Positions 50,650 through 59,764 of a DNA stretch of 64,000 bases are shown here, piece after piece. The DNA comes from Alphaproteobacteria bacterium (GTDB taxonomy: Bacteria > Pseudomonadota > Alphaproteobacteria > Bin95). Both the position numbers and the translations under genes were made by a program. The stretch is from positions 2,720,001-2,784,000 of the forward strand of contig CBDBGH010000003.1 of assembly GCA_965205265.1 (NCBI GenBank), in the 5' to 3' direction. Every line of letters begins with the position of its first letter. Position 1 is the first letter of the stretch. The notes under the pieces are model-generated. The model worked only from the letters and a program-made list of their open reading frames with translations, was not told the DNA's origin and ran no database searches.

Positions 50650-51159
50650 ACGCGCGCGCCTCATGGCAGGGGATCGCTCCAGCATCCTGTTTGAAATTGA
50701 GCCCGCGACCGATCCGGTCCGATGGCATGCGCCAGTCATGCAAACCGCTGCAGGTAAAGAAGTTGTGCTGCCTCGCCGACCCGCGCCAGGCGCGGGGCGA
50801 AGTGGGCACCGGCATGGCTCCGCTCACGCCAAGTGGACGAATGCTCCTACCAGGACGCGTGGAGCCCCGGACCGGAATCCGGCGAAGTTGGGAAGGAAGA
50901 AGCAGGACCGTCGCGTGGCGGGTGGTGCGAACCGGTTAGGGCTGGCTCAAAGGAGCGGTCCCGGTGTGCGGACAGAGAGGCCGCGGAAGACAAGGAACAG
51001 TACCGCAGCGCCCTCATGGATATTCACCCTTCAGCCTACACAGCGCCGCACGCGCTGCTGTCAACCTCTGGTTGTCCGACAAGATAGACCTCTCGCTGTC
51101 ACGACCGCGTCCGGAAACTGCCCCAATATCCGAAGAGGCCCCACCCCGAAAGAAAAAAG

Positions 51160-51830
51160 TGAATAACCCTTCGGCATAGGCCGCCTGTCGCATTTCTCCG
51201 GGATCGGGGAGGATGCGCGCTCGGGGTGGCGCGCCGTAAGTGCCCATCGAGGATAAGTGGGCACTATGCGGATGTCGGACGCAGAGCGGACGGGTTCGGG
51301 GGTCGATGGCCTGGGGCGCCGCCGTTGGTGTCGGTGGAGCAAAGCGCAGAAGCGCCGGATCGTTGCGGAGAGTTGTCAGCCCGGGATTCCGGTTTCGGTC
51401 GTGGCGCGGCGGCATGACGTGATCGCGAACCCGGTTTTCAGCTGACGTCGCCAGTATCGGGACCCGGCGCGCGTAGTGGGCGGCTTCGTCCCGGTAGTTG
51501 TCTCTTCGACGAAAGGGGCGAAGTCGGCGAAGCTGTTGCCGGCGCCGAGGGATATCGAACCGACTGCCTCCGGACGGATCGGGATTGCCCTGGCGGATGG
51601 CTCGCGCGCAACGGGCGACCGGGATGTGGATGCGGTGGCGCTGTCGCGGGTGCTTGGGGTTCTGGGGTGGCGATGATCCCGGTTCCGAGCGGGGCGCGGG
51701 TGTGGCTTGCGACCGGCGTGACGGACATGCGGCGCGGGATGAACACCCTGGCGCTGCAAGTCCAGCGGGGTCTCGGGCGGGACCCGCATGCGGGCAATCT
51801 CTCCATCTTCCGTGGACGCAAAGGAGATGG
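51160..51830 (+). mobile_element. degenerate IS66 (tnpA with internal stop, 5' part of tnpB)
   Basis: WSKAQKRRIVAES..VSVVARRH; MIPVPSGARVWLATGVTDMRRG; boundaries approximate. Confidence 0.75.
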
Positions 51831-51895
51831 GCCGTTGAACACGAAAGCCCTGTGGGGGGGTCTGGGTCAGGGCGCGCGATGCAGCGGGGATCGTC

Positions 51896-52090
51896 GTGGA
51901 TGCACGGCTGTACGATCTGCGACATGCGCACGCATCGCACGCGGTCATGAACGGCGAGAGCCTGCATATCGCGGGACGCCTGCTTGGGCATCGTCGCGCG
52001 TCCACGACCAACCACTGCGTCCATCTCGACGATGCGACCCTGAGCGAAGCCTCCGAACGGGCGGCGATGGCGATTCAGGAGAAATTTGGC
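51896..52090 (+). pseudogene. C-terminal remnant of a tyrosine integrase
   Basis: YDLRHAHASHAVMNG..RLLGH..TTNHC; catalytic Tyr lost; similar to 23140-24405 (HDLRHTMSSHAVMNG). Confidence 0.8.
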
Positions 52091-52484
52091 GGGAGTGTTG
52101 AAGACGAAAGCTTCGATGTCGGCAAAACCCGCGGCGAGCCGATGAACGCTCTGTGCAGCCAGCACTGGCGCGTGCCCTCGTATCCGCTCCGCCATCTGGC
52201 CCAGCACCGACCAGCCTCCGAAGCCGGTCAGCTGAGCGTCAGTGAATCCCATCTGGACTTTGGGGCGGCCGAGGAAATACCTTAGCTCATTGTAAGTCTG
52301 CCTTTACGCCCCGGCTAGGCGCTGGGCGGAGCAACATCCGGTGACCCCCCAGCGGGGCGAGCCGGTTCGGGACAAATGGCTCAGTCTGAGCAGGAGAAGC
52401 AAGCTGTGGCCGCACGACGTTTTGATCTTGCAAGCCCGGTCTGGCCGGTGAAATTGAGCGCCCCAGCGCCTCTAGGACGGCGCC

Positions 52485-53906
52485 GTGGCTAATAAGCGGG
52501 TCATCGTTATCGGAGGGGGGGCCGCAGGACTGAGCGCGGCCTACACGGCAAAGAAGCGCGGCCTCGCCCCCCTTTTGTTGGAGGCTACCGACCAGATTGG
52601 CGGGCGGATGGGCGGCGAGAGGATCGACGGCTTTTCGACGGACAAGGCCGCGGATTTTTTCCCGATTTCCTACGACACAACGTTCCGGCTATGCGAAGAG
52701 CTGGGTGTGCCGCTGACTAACCTTAGTATGGACATTGGCTGGTATAGGCACGGACGCTGGGTTGTCACGACGCCGATTACCTCTCTGGGGTCCTTGTTCA
52801 GGAACATAGGGCCGTTCCGGACCATCGAATTTCTATCGCTCCGAGGGATATGGCCGACTTTCAAGTTGGTCAGAAACCTCAAGGCCGATGCAAAGCACCT
52901 GAACTACGCGAGTACGCACCGCATCGCGAACATGGATACAGACGAGACCTATAGGGAGTACCTCGATAGGCTCGGCGTGCCCGAACCGGTGCGGGTGACG
53001 TTGGAGGGATTTCTGGGTTTAACCATGGGAAATCCCGAAGAATTTGGGGCGACCTGGATTCGGGCGTTCCTGGCCGAAGTTCTGCTGAAGCCGGAAAAGC
53101 TCTACACGCCGGTGGGTGGGTGCAGCCATCTGTCGGAAGTGCTGGGGGAGAAGCTGGGCAACGCTATTCGCGTCTCGACGCCGGTGAAGCGAGTGGTCAT
53201 TGAGAACGGAAGGGCGGTGGGCGTCGTTACCGACGATGGCTTCATGGAGGCCGACGCGGTCATTTCCAGTGTACCGGCGACGAAGGCGCTGGAGATCATG
53301 CCGGACCTGCCGGAGAGGATTCGCGACGCGCTAGGCACGGTGCAGTATTCGTTCGGCATCCGTGTAGTACTGGGCCTCAACCATCGGCCCCTTCCTCCTG
53401 GGTGGAGCGTGGCACTATATCCCGAAGACGACACGCCGTCGCTGTTGGACCGCACCGTCAACCTGCCTGAATGCGCGCCGCCCGGCAAGGCTCTGCTCGA
53501 CCTTTGGGTTGGGGAGAGCCGCGCCAAAGACTTGCTGGAATTCGACGACGAGCAGATTGCCCGTACGCTGCTGGCGGATGCTCATGGCAAGGCGCCTCCA
53601 GGCTCGATGCTTCCGCAGTACGAGGACGTGCTCTTTGCGCGTGTGTACCGCTGGCACGAGGCGGTTTGCAAGGGGCTGCCCGGCATGTTCACTGCGGTGA
53701 AGCAAATGCGGCTGGATTTGGCGGAAGATCTGCAGAACCTCCGCATCGTGGGCGATTTCATGCGGTCGCCGATTGTAAACGGCGCCATCACGAGCGGCGT
53801 CGAAACGGCGAACGAAGTTGCTGATTTGCTGGAGACCCCCCAACCGCCTAACAGGCTGTGGAAGAACGGCCTGAGTGGATTATTTTGTGGACGCCTGTGG
53901 GCGTGA
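52485..53906 (+). CDS. flavin-dependent oxidoreductase (amine oxidase / protoporphyrinogen oxidase-like)
   Basis: IGGGAAGLSAA..LLEA..IGGR, GDF..NGAITSG; the last ~18 codons read into an IS end. Confidence 0.82.
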   Translation: MANKRVIVIGGGAAGLSAAYTAKKRGLAPLLLEATDQIGGRMGGERIDGFSTDKAADFFPISYDTTFRLCEELGVPLTNLSMDIGWYRHGRWVVTTPITSLGSLFRNIGPFRTIEFLSLRGIWPTFKLVRNLKADAKHLNYASTHRIANMDTDETYREYLDRLGVPEPVRVTLEGFLGLTMGNPEEFGATWIRAFLAEVLLKPEKLYTPVGGCSHLSEVLGEKLGNAIRVSTPVKRVVIENGRAVGVVTDDGFMEADAVISSVPATKALEIMPDLPERIRDALGTVQYSFGIRVVLGLNHRPLPPGWSVALYPEDDTPSLLDRTVNLPECAPPGKALLDLWVGESRAKDLLEFDDEQIARTLLADAHGKAPPGSMLPQYEDVLFARVYRWHEAVCKGLPGMFTAVKQMRLDLAEDLQNLRIVGDFMRSPIVNGAITSGVETANEVADLLETPQPPNRLWKNGLSGLFCGRLWA

Positions 53907-54420
53907 TCGTATCGGTCGGATGGATTTGTTCGGAGTGAACGAGGCGGGGAATTTCAGCGCAGCAGTACGGCCCTGCGGACGGGAAGCCTTGCCGGCGCCG
54001 GCGTGACGGAGCGCCCAACGGCGGCCCTACGCCGGGTCCCGGCGGTCATGCGGCAGCCTTCAAGAGCTTCGGCAGTCGGATCAGGTCGTAGGCGGCCAGC
54101 GCCGGGGTGAACTGCCAGTCAACCCGGGCCAGGCCGCGATGTCGGGTCTTCGAGAGGCACGCCCCGTCTTCAACCAGCCGAAGACCTCCTCGATCCGTTT
54201 GCGGTGAACCTGGCTCGCTCGATATCCCTCGCTCGCCGCCATCTCTTCGCCGATATTCGAGCGCCGGCCCGCGGTGTTGCGCGCCGCATGTGCCTCGGCG
54301 CCGAAGGCTTTGCAGGTCCTGACGAACTCCGCCGTGTCATAGGCCTTGTCCGCTCCCACCGACACAGCCCGGTCGGGCTCCTCCCGGCGCCCTTCGGCAT
54401 GACCTCGCCGGCCAGGCATT
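53852..54420 (-). mobile_element. IS5-family remnant, frameshifted
   Basis: GADKAYD, RKRIEEVFGWLK, RHRGLARVDWQF..LIRLPKLL; end CTAA-CAGGCTGTGGAAGAA; inner boundary approximate. Confidence 0.75.
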
Positions 54421-54847
54421 TCGCTTGGCCGCAGCCCGACATCCGCGCGGCCTCGGTCAGAACCGCGAACGTCGCAGCTCCGGCTATTGCTGTGCAAGCC
54501 CCAGCAACATGGCGTCCGGCGTATAGCTCGCAACGCCTTAATGGTCGCCAACGCACTTGCCCATGTCGCACATCGCCGACGCGGCCGACGCCTGCGGCCC
54601 GATACGCTGGCCGTCTTCCGGCGTGCAGAGCTGCGGCTTCTCCATGCCGAGCCGCTCCGCGACCTTCGCGCCGAAAGCGAAGGCGGTCCCGAATTCGACC
54701 TCAACATCGGAAGTCCGCAGAAAAAGTAATCGGCCGTCCTACCGAACGAAGATGAACTTATGGACCTCATATTAATTCGGTATTTGCCGGCGCAGTTGGC
54801 CGGCTCCATCCTGCCGCGAGTGCAATAGCTGCGAAAGGAGCAGACAG

Positions 54848-55342
54848 ATGCACGTCAGACGAATCGACGTACGGAGCCTGGCGGCCGCGGTCGCGGCGCT
54901 GGGCATCGTGGCGGCGCTGGCCGGTCCCGCGCTGGCTGGCGGGGACAGCGGTCCGCCCGCCCGTACGGGCAAGATCCACGACGACTGCGAACTGTTCAGC
55001 CTCACGGTGACGACCAGCAGCGTCACGATGAAGGCGGCCTGCAGGGTCAGCGATGAAAACACCAGCATGAAGTGGTCGACCGTCAACCTCAGCAACAATA
55101 TCAAGGTCGACACGAAGGAGACGGGCCATCTGAGGTGGGGCGGCAGCAACTTCCAGGACCACTGCAGCGGCATCGCCGTCGAGCAGCAGGACAGCGGCGT
55201 GAAGCTGAAGGCCACATGCAACTACTACTGCAATTTCGACAGAGGCCGGTATTTCGGCTGCCCCTCGGGGAGCACGAATACGTCGCTGCAGTTGGCCGAC
55301 TACTACGAGGCGAGTTCCAGCGGCACCCTGGCGGTCAAATGA
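54848..55342 (+). CDS. secreted CVNH (cyanovirin-N-like) protein, copy 1
   Basis: Sec signal ending PALA; GKIHDDC..KAAC..VNL..GHLRW..NFQDHC..LKATC..TSLQL..GTL; 6 Cys. Confidence 0.72.
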   Translation: MHVRRIDVRSLAAAVAALGIVAALAGPALAGGDSGPPARTGKIHDDCELFSLTVTTSSVTMKAACRVSDENTSMKWSTVNLSNNIKVDTKETGHLRWGGSNFQDHCSGIAVEQQDSGVKLKATCNYYCNFDRGRYFGCPSGSTNTSLQLADYYEASSSGTLAVK

Positions 55343-56155
55343 GCCGGCGGCGGCTTGGGACCGGCAGGCTGGACAGGCGGCGTTCGCCGGAGAGGCGCCG
55401 AGGACAGGCTTAATCGGCGCGACAGGAATTCGGTATTGGCCTGCCGCAACCTGCCCGCCCCAGGCTTCGGGGCGTGCAACGACTGCGAAGAAAGGAGCAG
55501 ACAGATGCGCACAAGACGAATCGGCATACGGAGCCTGGCGGTCGCGGTCGCGGCGCTGGGCGTCGCGGCGGTCCTGGCCGGCCCCGCATTGGCGGGGGGA
55601 GGCGGACCCTCCGCCCGGACCGGGAAGATCCACCAGGATTGCGACCAGTTCAGCACGCAGGCGTCGGGCGACAAGCTCCTGCTCAAGGCAAACTGCAGGA
55701 CCAGCGACGACAACGAGAACAAGAAGCAGACGAGCGTGAACCTCGCGGCCAACATCGGCAACGCCGACGGCTATTTGACCTGGAACGGAAACAGCTTCCA
55801 CAAGAGCTGCAACAAAATCGCCGCCGAGAAGCATAACGACGGCGTGAAGCTGAAGGCTTCATGCAGCTATCAGTATTGCAGGAAACCGAACCAGTTCCAG
55901 GACTTCGGCTGCCAGACCAAGAGACGGGATACGTCGCTGGAGCTGAACTCCTACTACGAGGTGAACTCGTCGGGCGACCTGACGGTCAAATAGGCCGGCG
56001 GCGGCTCGGGACCGGCAGGATCGGCAGGCGGCCTTCGCCGGAGAGGCGCCGAGGACAGGCTTAATCGGCGCGACAGGAACTCGGTATTGGCCTGCCGCAA
56101 CCTGCCGGCCCCAGGCTTCGGGGCGTGCAACGACTGCGAAGAAAGGGGCAGACAG
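55343..56155 (+). repeat. type-A leader repeats (55343-55504 and 55994-56155, 162 bp each)
   Basis: Near-identical spacers ending GCGAAGAAAGG(A/G)GCAGACAG-ATG. Confidence 0.9.
55505..55993 (+). CDS. secreted CVNH protein, copy 2
   Basis: SVNLAANIGNADGYLTWNGNSFHKSC aligns with cyanovirin-N SIDLNSVIENVDGSLKWQPSNFIETC; 6 Cys. Confidence 0.82.
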   Translation: MRTRRIGIRSLAVAVAALGVAAVLAGPALAGGGGPSARTGKIHQDCDQFSTQASGDKLLLKANCRTSDDNENKKQTSVNLAANIGNADGYLTWNGNSFHKSCNKIAAEKHNDGVKLKASCSYQYCRKPNQFQDFGCQTKRRDTSLELNSYYEVNSSGDLTVK

Positions 56156-56617
56156 ATGCGCGTAATGCGATTCAATGAACGGAGCCTGTTTGGCGCTATT
56201 GCCGCGCTGGGCGTCGCGGCAATGCTGGCCGGCCCTGCGCTGGCGGGGGGGTCGGGCCCCGACCCCCGGACTGGAAACATCCACGACGACTGCAACCAGT
56301 TCAGCCTGCAGGAGGACGGCGACAAGCTCCTGCTCAAGGCGAAGTGCAGGACGAGCGACAGCAACACCGACAAGAAGGAGACGAGCATCGACCTCGCCGC
56401 CAGTATCGGCAACGACAATGGCTACCTGAAATGGAACCAGAGCCTCTTCCACAAGAGCTGCGACACCCTCAGCCTCTCGCCCCACACCCAGGGAGTACTG
56501 CTGTGGGCCAGCTGCACCTACCTGCTGCAGCAGTACCACAAGCAGAAACGCAGAACGAAGATGGAGCTGGGTGACCGCTATCGGACCGACTCGTCGGGGG
56601 ATCTGGCGATCCGGTAA
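56156..56617 (+). CDS. secreted CVNH protein, copy 3
   Basis: TSIDLAASIGNDNGYLKW..FHKSC; 4 Cys. Confidence 0.82.
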   Translation: MRVMRFNERSLFGAIAALGVAAMLAGPALAGGSGPDPRTGNIHDDCNQFSLQEDGDKLLLKAKCRTSDSNTDKKETSIDLAASIGNDNGYLKWNQSLFHKSCDTLSLSPHTQGVLLWASCTYLLQQYHKQKRRTKMELGDRYRTDSSGDLAIR

Positions 56618-57436
56618 TGGCGCTTCGGGCCGGGCTCCGAAGACGGGCTTATGGGAGCGATAGGAATTCGGTATTTGCGTGGCGCAACCGCCGGTTCCAC
56701 GCTTCGGGAAGTGCGGCAACCGCGAAGAAAGGAGCGGACAGATGCGCGTAATACGATTCCATGCACGGAGCTTGGTCGGCGCTATCGCCGCGCTGGGCAT
56801 TGCGGCGGCGCTGGCCGGTCCCGCCCTAGCCGGCGGGGGCGGCGGTCCTCCCGCACGGACGGGGGCAATCCACGATGACTGCGAGGGGGTAAGCCTTCAG
56901 GAATCGGGCGGTAAGCTGGAACTTCGGGCCAACTGCAGAACCAGCGACGAAAATGAGGACAAGGCGCAGACAAGCATCGACCTTTCCGACATCAAGGCTG
57001 TCCCAAATCATCGAGTGGGCATCCTTCCGAACAGCGAGCGAATCAACCCCTTCCCCGGACTGGGATGGAGGGAATCGGGCTGGAGCCGCTTTTACGACGC
57101 CTGCCATAGCACCGAACTCCAAAAGCGTTCCGGCGGTGTCTGGGGAATAAAGACGCGGTGCAGAATTCAGATATGCGCTGCGGATTGGGGCGGCCGTATG
57201 ACCAACTGCAGCGATTCCGAAACCTGGGGGTATTTCGATCTGCACAGCAAGTACTGGGTGAACTCGGCAGGCAAGCTGGCGATCAGGTAAGCCGCTCTGG
57301 ACTGGGTCTCCGTTACCGGGTGGACCGGGGTTCGAAGACGGACTTATGGGAGCGATAGGAATTCGGTATTTGCGTGGCGCAACCGCCGGTTCCACGCTTC
57401 GGGAAGTGCAACAACCGCGAAGAAAGGAGCGGACAG
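56618..57436 (+). repeat. type-B leader repeats (within 56618-56741 and 57291-57436)
   Basis: About 100 bp shared, CGAAGACG..CTTATGGGAGCGATAGGAATTCGGTATTTGCG...GAAAGGAGCGGACAG-ATG. Confidence 0.9.
56742..57290 (+). CDS. secreted CVNH-like protein, copy 4 (divergent, with insertion)
   Basis: LELRANC..TSIDL, then a longer segment replacing IGNxDG; 6 Cys; ends VNSAGKLAIR. Confidence 0.7.
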   Translation: MRVIRFHARSLVGAIAALGIAAALAGPALAGGGGGPPARTGAIHDDCEGVSLQESGGKLELRANCRTSDENEDKAQTSIDLSDIKAVPNHRVGILPNSERINPFPGLGWRESGWSRFYDACHSTELQKRSGGVWGIKTRCRIQICAADWGGRMTNCSDSETWGYFDLHSKYWVNSAGKLAIR

Positions 57437-57901
57437 ATGCGCGTAATGCGATTCAATGCACGCAGCCTGGTCGGGGCTATCGCCGCGCTGGGCATTGCGG
57501 CGATGCTGGCCGGCCCCGCTGTGGCCGGAGGCGGATCGTCCGGCCGGACGGGGCATATCAACAAGGATTGCAGCGGGTTCAGCCTGCAGACCGACGGCGA
57601 CAAGTGCCTGTTCAAGGCGAGCTGCAGGACGAACGACGACAACGAGGACAAGAAGGCGACCAGCATCGACATCGCGGCCAATATCGGCAACTACGGGGGC
57701 AACCTGACGTGGAACTACAGCCGCTTTCACAAGAGTTGCGGCCAGATCAGCCTCGATGACCTGAGTGTGAAGGCATACTGTCCGTATTCGGTCTGTCCCC
57801 GGAATACGGGAGGCGAATGCCAAACGAGGTGGAAGTGGTCATGGTTCAACCTGACTACGAAATACAAGGTGAACTCGTCGGGCGATCTGGCCTTGAAGTA
57901 A
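57437..57901 (+). CDS. secreted CVNH protein, copy 5
   Basis: TSIDIAANIGNYGGNLTWNYSRFHKSC; 7 Cys; ends VNSSGDLALK. Confidence 0.8.
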   Translation: MRVMRFNARSLVGAIAALGIAAMLAGPAVAGGGSSGRTGHINKDCSGFSLQTDGDKCLFKASCRTNDDNEDKKATSIDIAANIGNYGGNLTWNYSRFHKSCGQISLDDLSVKAYCPYSVCPRNTGGECQTRWKWSWFNLTTKYKVNSSGDLALK

Positions 57902-57943
57902 GCCGCCCGACGGCGGTGTCCCGTTCGGAAGGCGCGCGATAGC

Positions 57944-59665
57944 ATGGAACGCATCCCGGGGGACGGATCCCCGGCAGCCCGAACCTGCCATACGGAGCTT
58001 CCGGCGTCGGCTCCGCTCTCCGATAGCCCGGAGAGTGGAGCCCTGCCGCGAAGCGCCTTCAGGCTGCGCATTGCCGGCGGATTCGCCTCGCTCCGGGGCT
58101 GGCGCCGTTGGTGCGCGGCGACGCTGTCGGGCCTGTTGGCCGCAACCGCGCAACCGCCGCTGCTGCTGCTCCCTGCGCTCTTCGCCGGCTTCGCCGGGCT
58201 GCTCTGGCTGCTGGCCGGCGCGTCCGGGGCCCGGCAGCGGTGGTTCGACGGGTGGCTGTTCGGGATCGGGTATTTCGGCGCCGGGCTTTACTGGATTGCG
58301 GCCGCATCCGAGAACGACGCCAACCGGCTCCCGTGGCTGGTTCCGGCCATCACGGTCGGCCTGGTGCTGGTGCTTGCGCTGTTTCCCGCCGCCGCCGCGC
58401 TGGCGGCGGGCCGGCGGCCGCTGCGCCCGGCCGGGATCCTGGCGTTCGCGGGCGCCTTCACCCTGTTCGAATGGGTGCGCGGCTGGATCTTATCGGGATT
58501 TGCGTGGAATCCGGTCGGCAATATCTGGATCGAGGTCCTCCCGGTGCTGCAGGCGGCGTCGTGGTTCGGCGTTTACGGCCTGACCTTCGCGACCGTCTAT
58601 GCGGCCGCAGGCCTGGCCGCGCTCGCGTTGCGGGAACGCGGGGCAGGGGCGGCCGCGCTGTCGGGCGTCCTGCTTCTGGCCGGGTTAGCGGCGGCGGGCG
58701 CCGTCCGGCTGTCCGGAGCCCCGGCGGACTCTGGCGGCGGGGCGGCGCTGCGCATCGTGCAGCCGCATGTCGCCTCCCGCGGCAATTGGACTTCGAGCAG
58801 GCAGGCCGAGATCTTCCGGCGGTTGACCCGGATGACCGGACAAGACATGCCGGCGGGCGCCGTCGTCATCTGGCCGGAGGTGGCGATGCCCTATGTGGTG
58901 CAGATCGACGCGGAGAGCGACCCCCGGCTTGCCGGGCTGGCGCCGGAGGGCGGATACCTGATCACCGGCGCGGTCCGGTACCGGTATGAGAACGACCGGC
59001 AGGCGGAGGCCTGGAACGGCCTCATCGCGGTCGATGACGAAGCCCGCATCGTCGCCCAGTACCAGAAGCACCACCTTGTCCCGCTCGGCGAGTATGTTCC
59101 GTTTCCCGAACTGTTCGGCCTGCGGCGGGTCACCTGGGGCCGGCTGAACTTCTCGCCCGGCCCGGGGCTTGCCCTGCTCGACCTTCCGGGCCTGGTGCCG
59201 TTCGCGCCCCAGATCTGCTACGAGATCATCTTCCCGGACGCGGCGGTGGACCGGAGCGCTCCCCGTCCGGCCTGGCTGCTCTCGCTGACCAATGACGGGT
59301 GGTTCGGCGAGACCGCCGGCCCCTATCAGCATTTCGCATCGGCGCGGATGCGGGCGGTGGAGGAAGGCGCGCCGCTGGTGCGCGCGGCCAATACCGGCAT
59401 CTCCGCGGTCACGGACGCATACGGGCGCGTGACGCACCGCCTGGAACCGGGAGCGCGCGGTGTCATCGATGCGCGGCTGCCGCCCCCGTCTCCGTCCCCG
59501 ACGCTCTTTTCGCGGTACGGAAATGCCGCGGCGGCGATTCCTGTGCTCCTCGCCGGCCTGTTCCTGGCGGCGCGGAGGCTGCCGGCGATCTTCCGATACA
59601 GGCGGGCCATCGGATCGGGCAGAAAGGGGAACGGCGCGGACCCGGCCCTCGCCCGGGACAGGTGA
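57944..59665 (+). CDS. lnt: apolipoprotein N-acyltransferase
   Basis: WPE, YQKHHLVPLGEY, ICYE catalytic triad, TNDGWFG, RAANTGIS; true start may be further downstream. Confidence 0.93.
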   Translation: MERIPGDGSPAARTCHTELPASAPLSDSPESGALPRSAFRLRIAGGFASLRGWRRWCAATLSGLLAATAQPPLLLLPALFAGFAGLLWLLAGASGARQRWFDGWLFGIGYFGAGLYWIAAASENDANRLPWLVPAITVGLVLVLALFPAAAALAAGRRPLRPAGILAFAGAFTLFEWVRGWILSGFAWNPVGNIWIEVLPVLQAASWFGVYGLTFATVYAAAGLAALALRERGAGAAALSGVLLLAGLAAAGAVRLSGAPADSGGGAALRIVQPHVASRGNWTSSRQAEIFRRLTRMTGQDMPAGAVVIWPEVAMPYVVQIDAESDPRLAGLAPEGGYLITGAVRYRYENDRQAEAWNGLIAVDDEARIVAQYQKHHLVPLGEYVPFPELFGLRRVTWGRLNFSPGPGLALLDLPGLVPFAPQICYEIIFPDAAVDRSAPRPAWLLSLTNDGWFGETAGPYQHFASARMRAVEEGAPLVRAANTGISAVTDAYGRVTHRLEPGARGVIDARLPPPSPSPTLFSRYGNAAAAIPVLLAGLFLAARRLPAIFRYRRAIGSGRKGNGADPALARDR

Positions 59666-59764
59666 GAGTCCCGGGTCCGATTGGCTATCCAACTCCGACG
59701 GGCTATTTTGAACGCCGAATGGGCACTTCAGCGAATGCCGTCCGAGGACCGGCCCGGCAATGTC

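Noticed and set aside
54530-54730. Minus-strand fragment KVAERLGMEKPQL resembling an XRE HTH
   Set aside because: Too short and degenerate to call.
54745-57901. CRISPR array or integron cassette array
   Set aside because: Repeats are 100-160 bp leaders between paralogous genes; no cas genes, no attC pattern recognised and no integron integrase.
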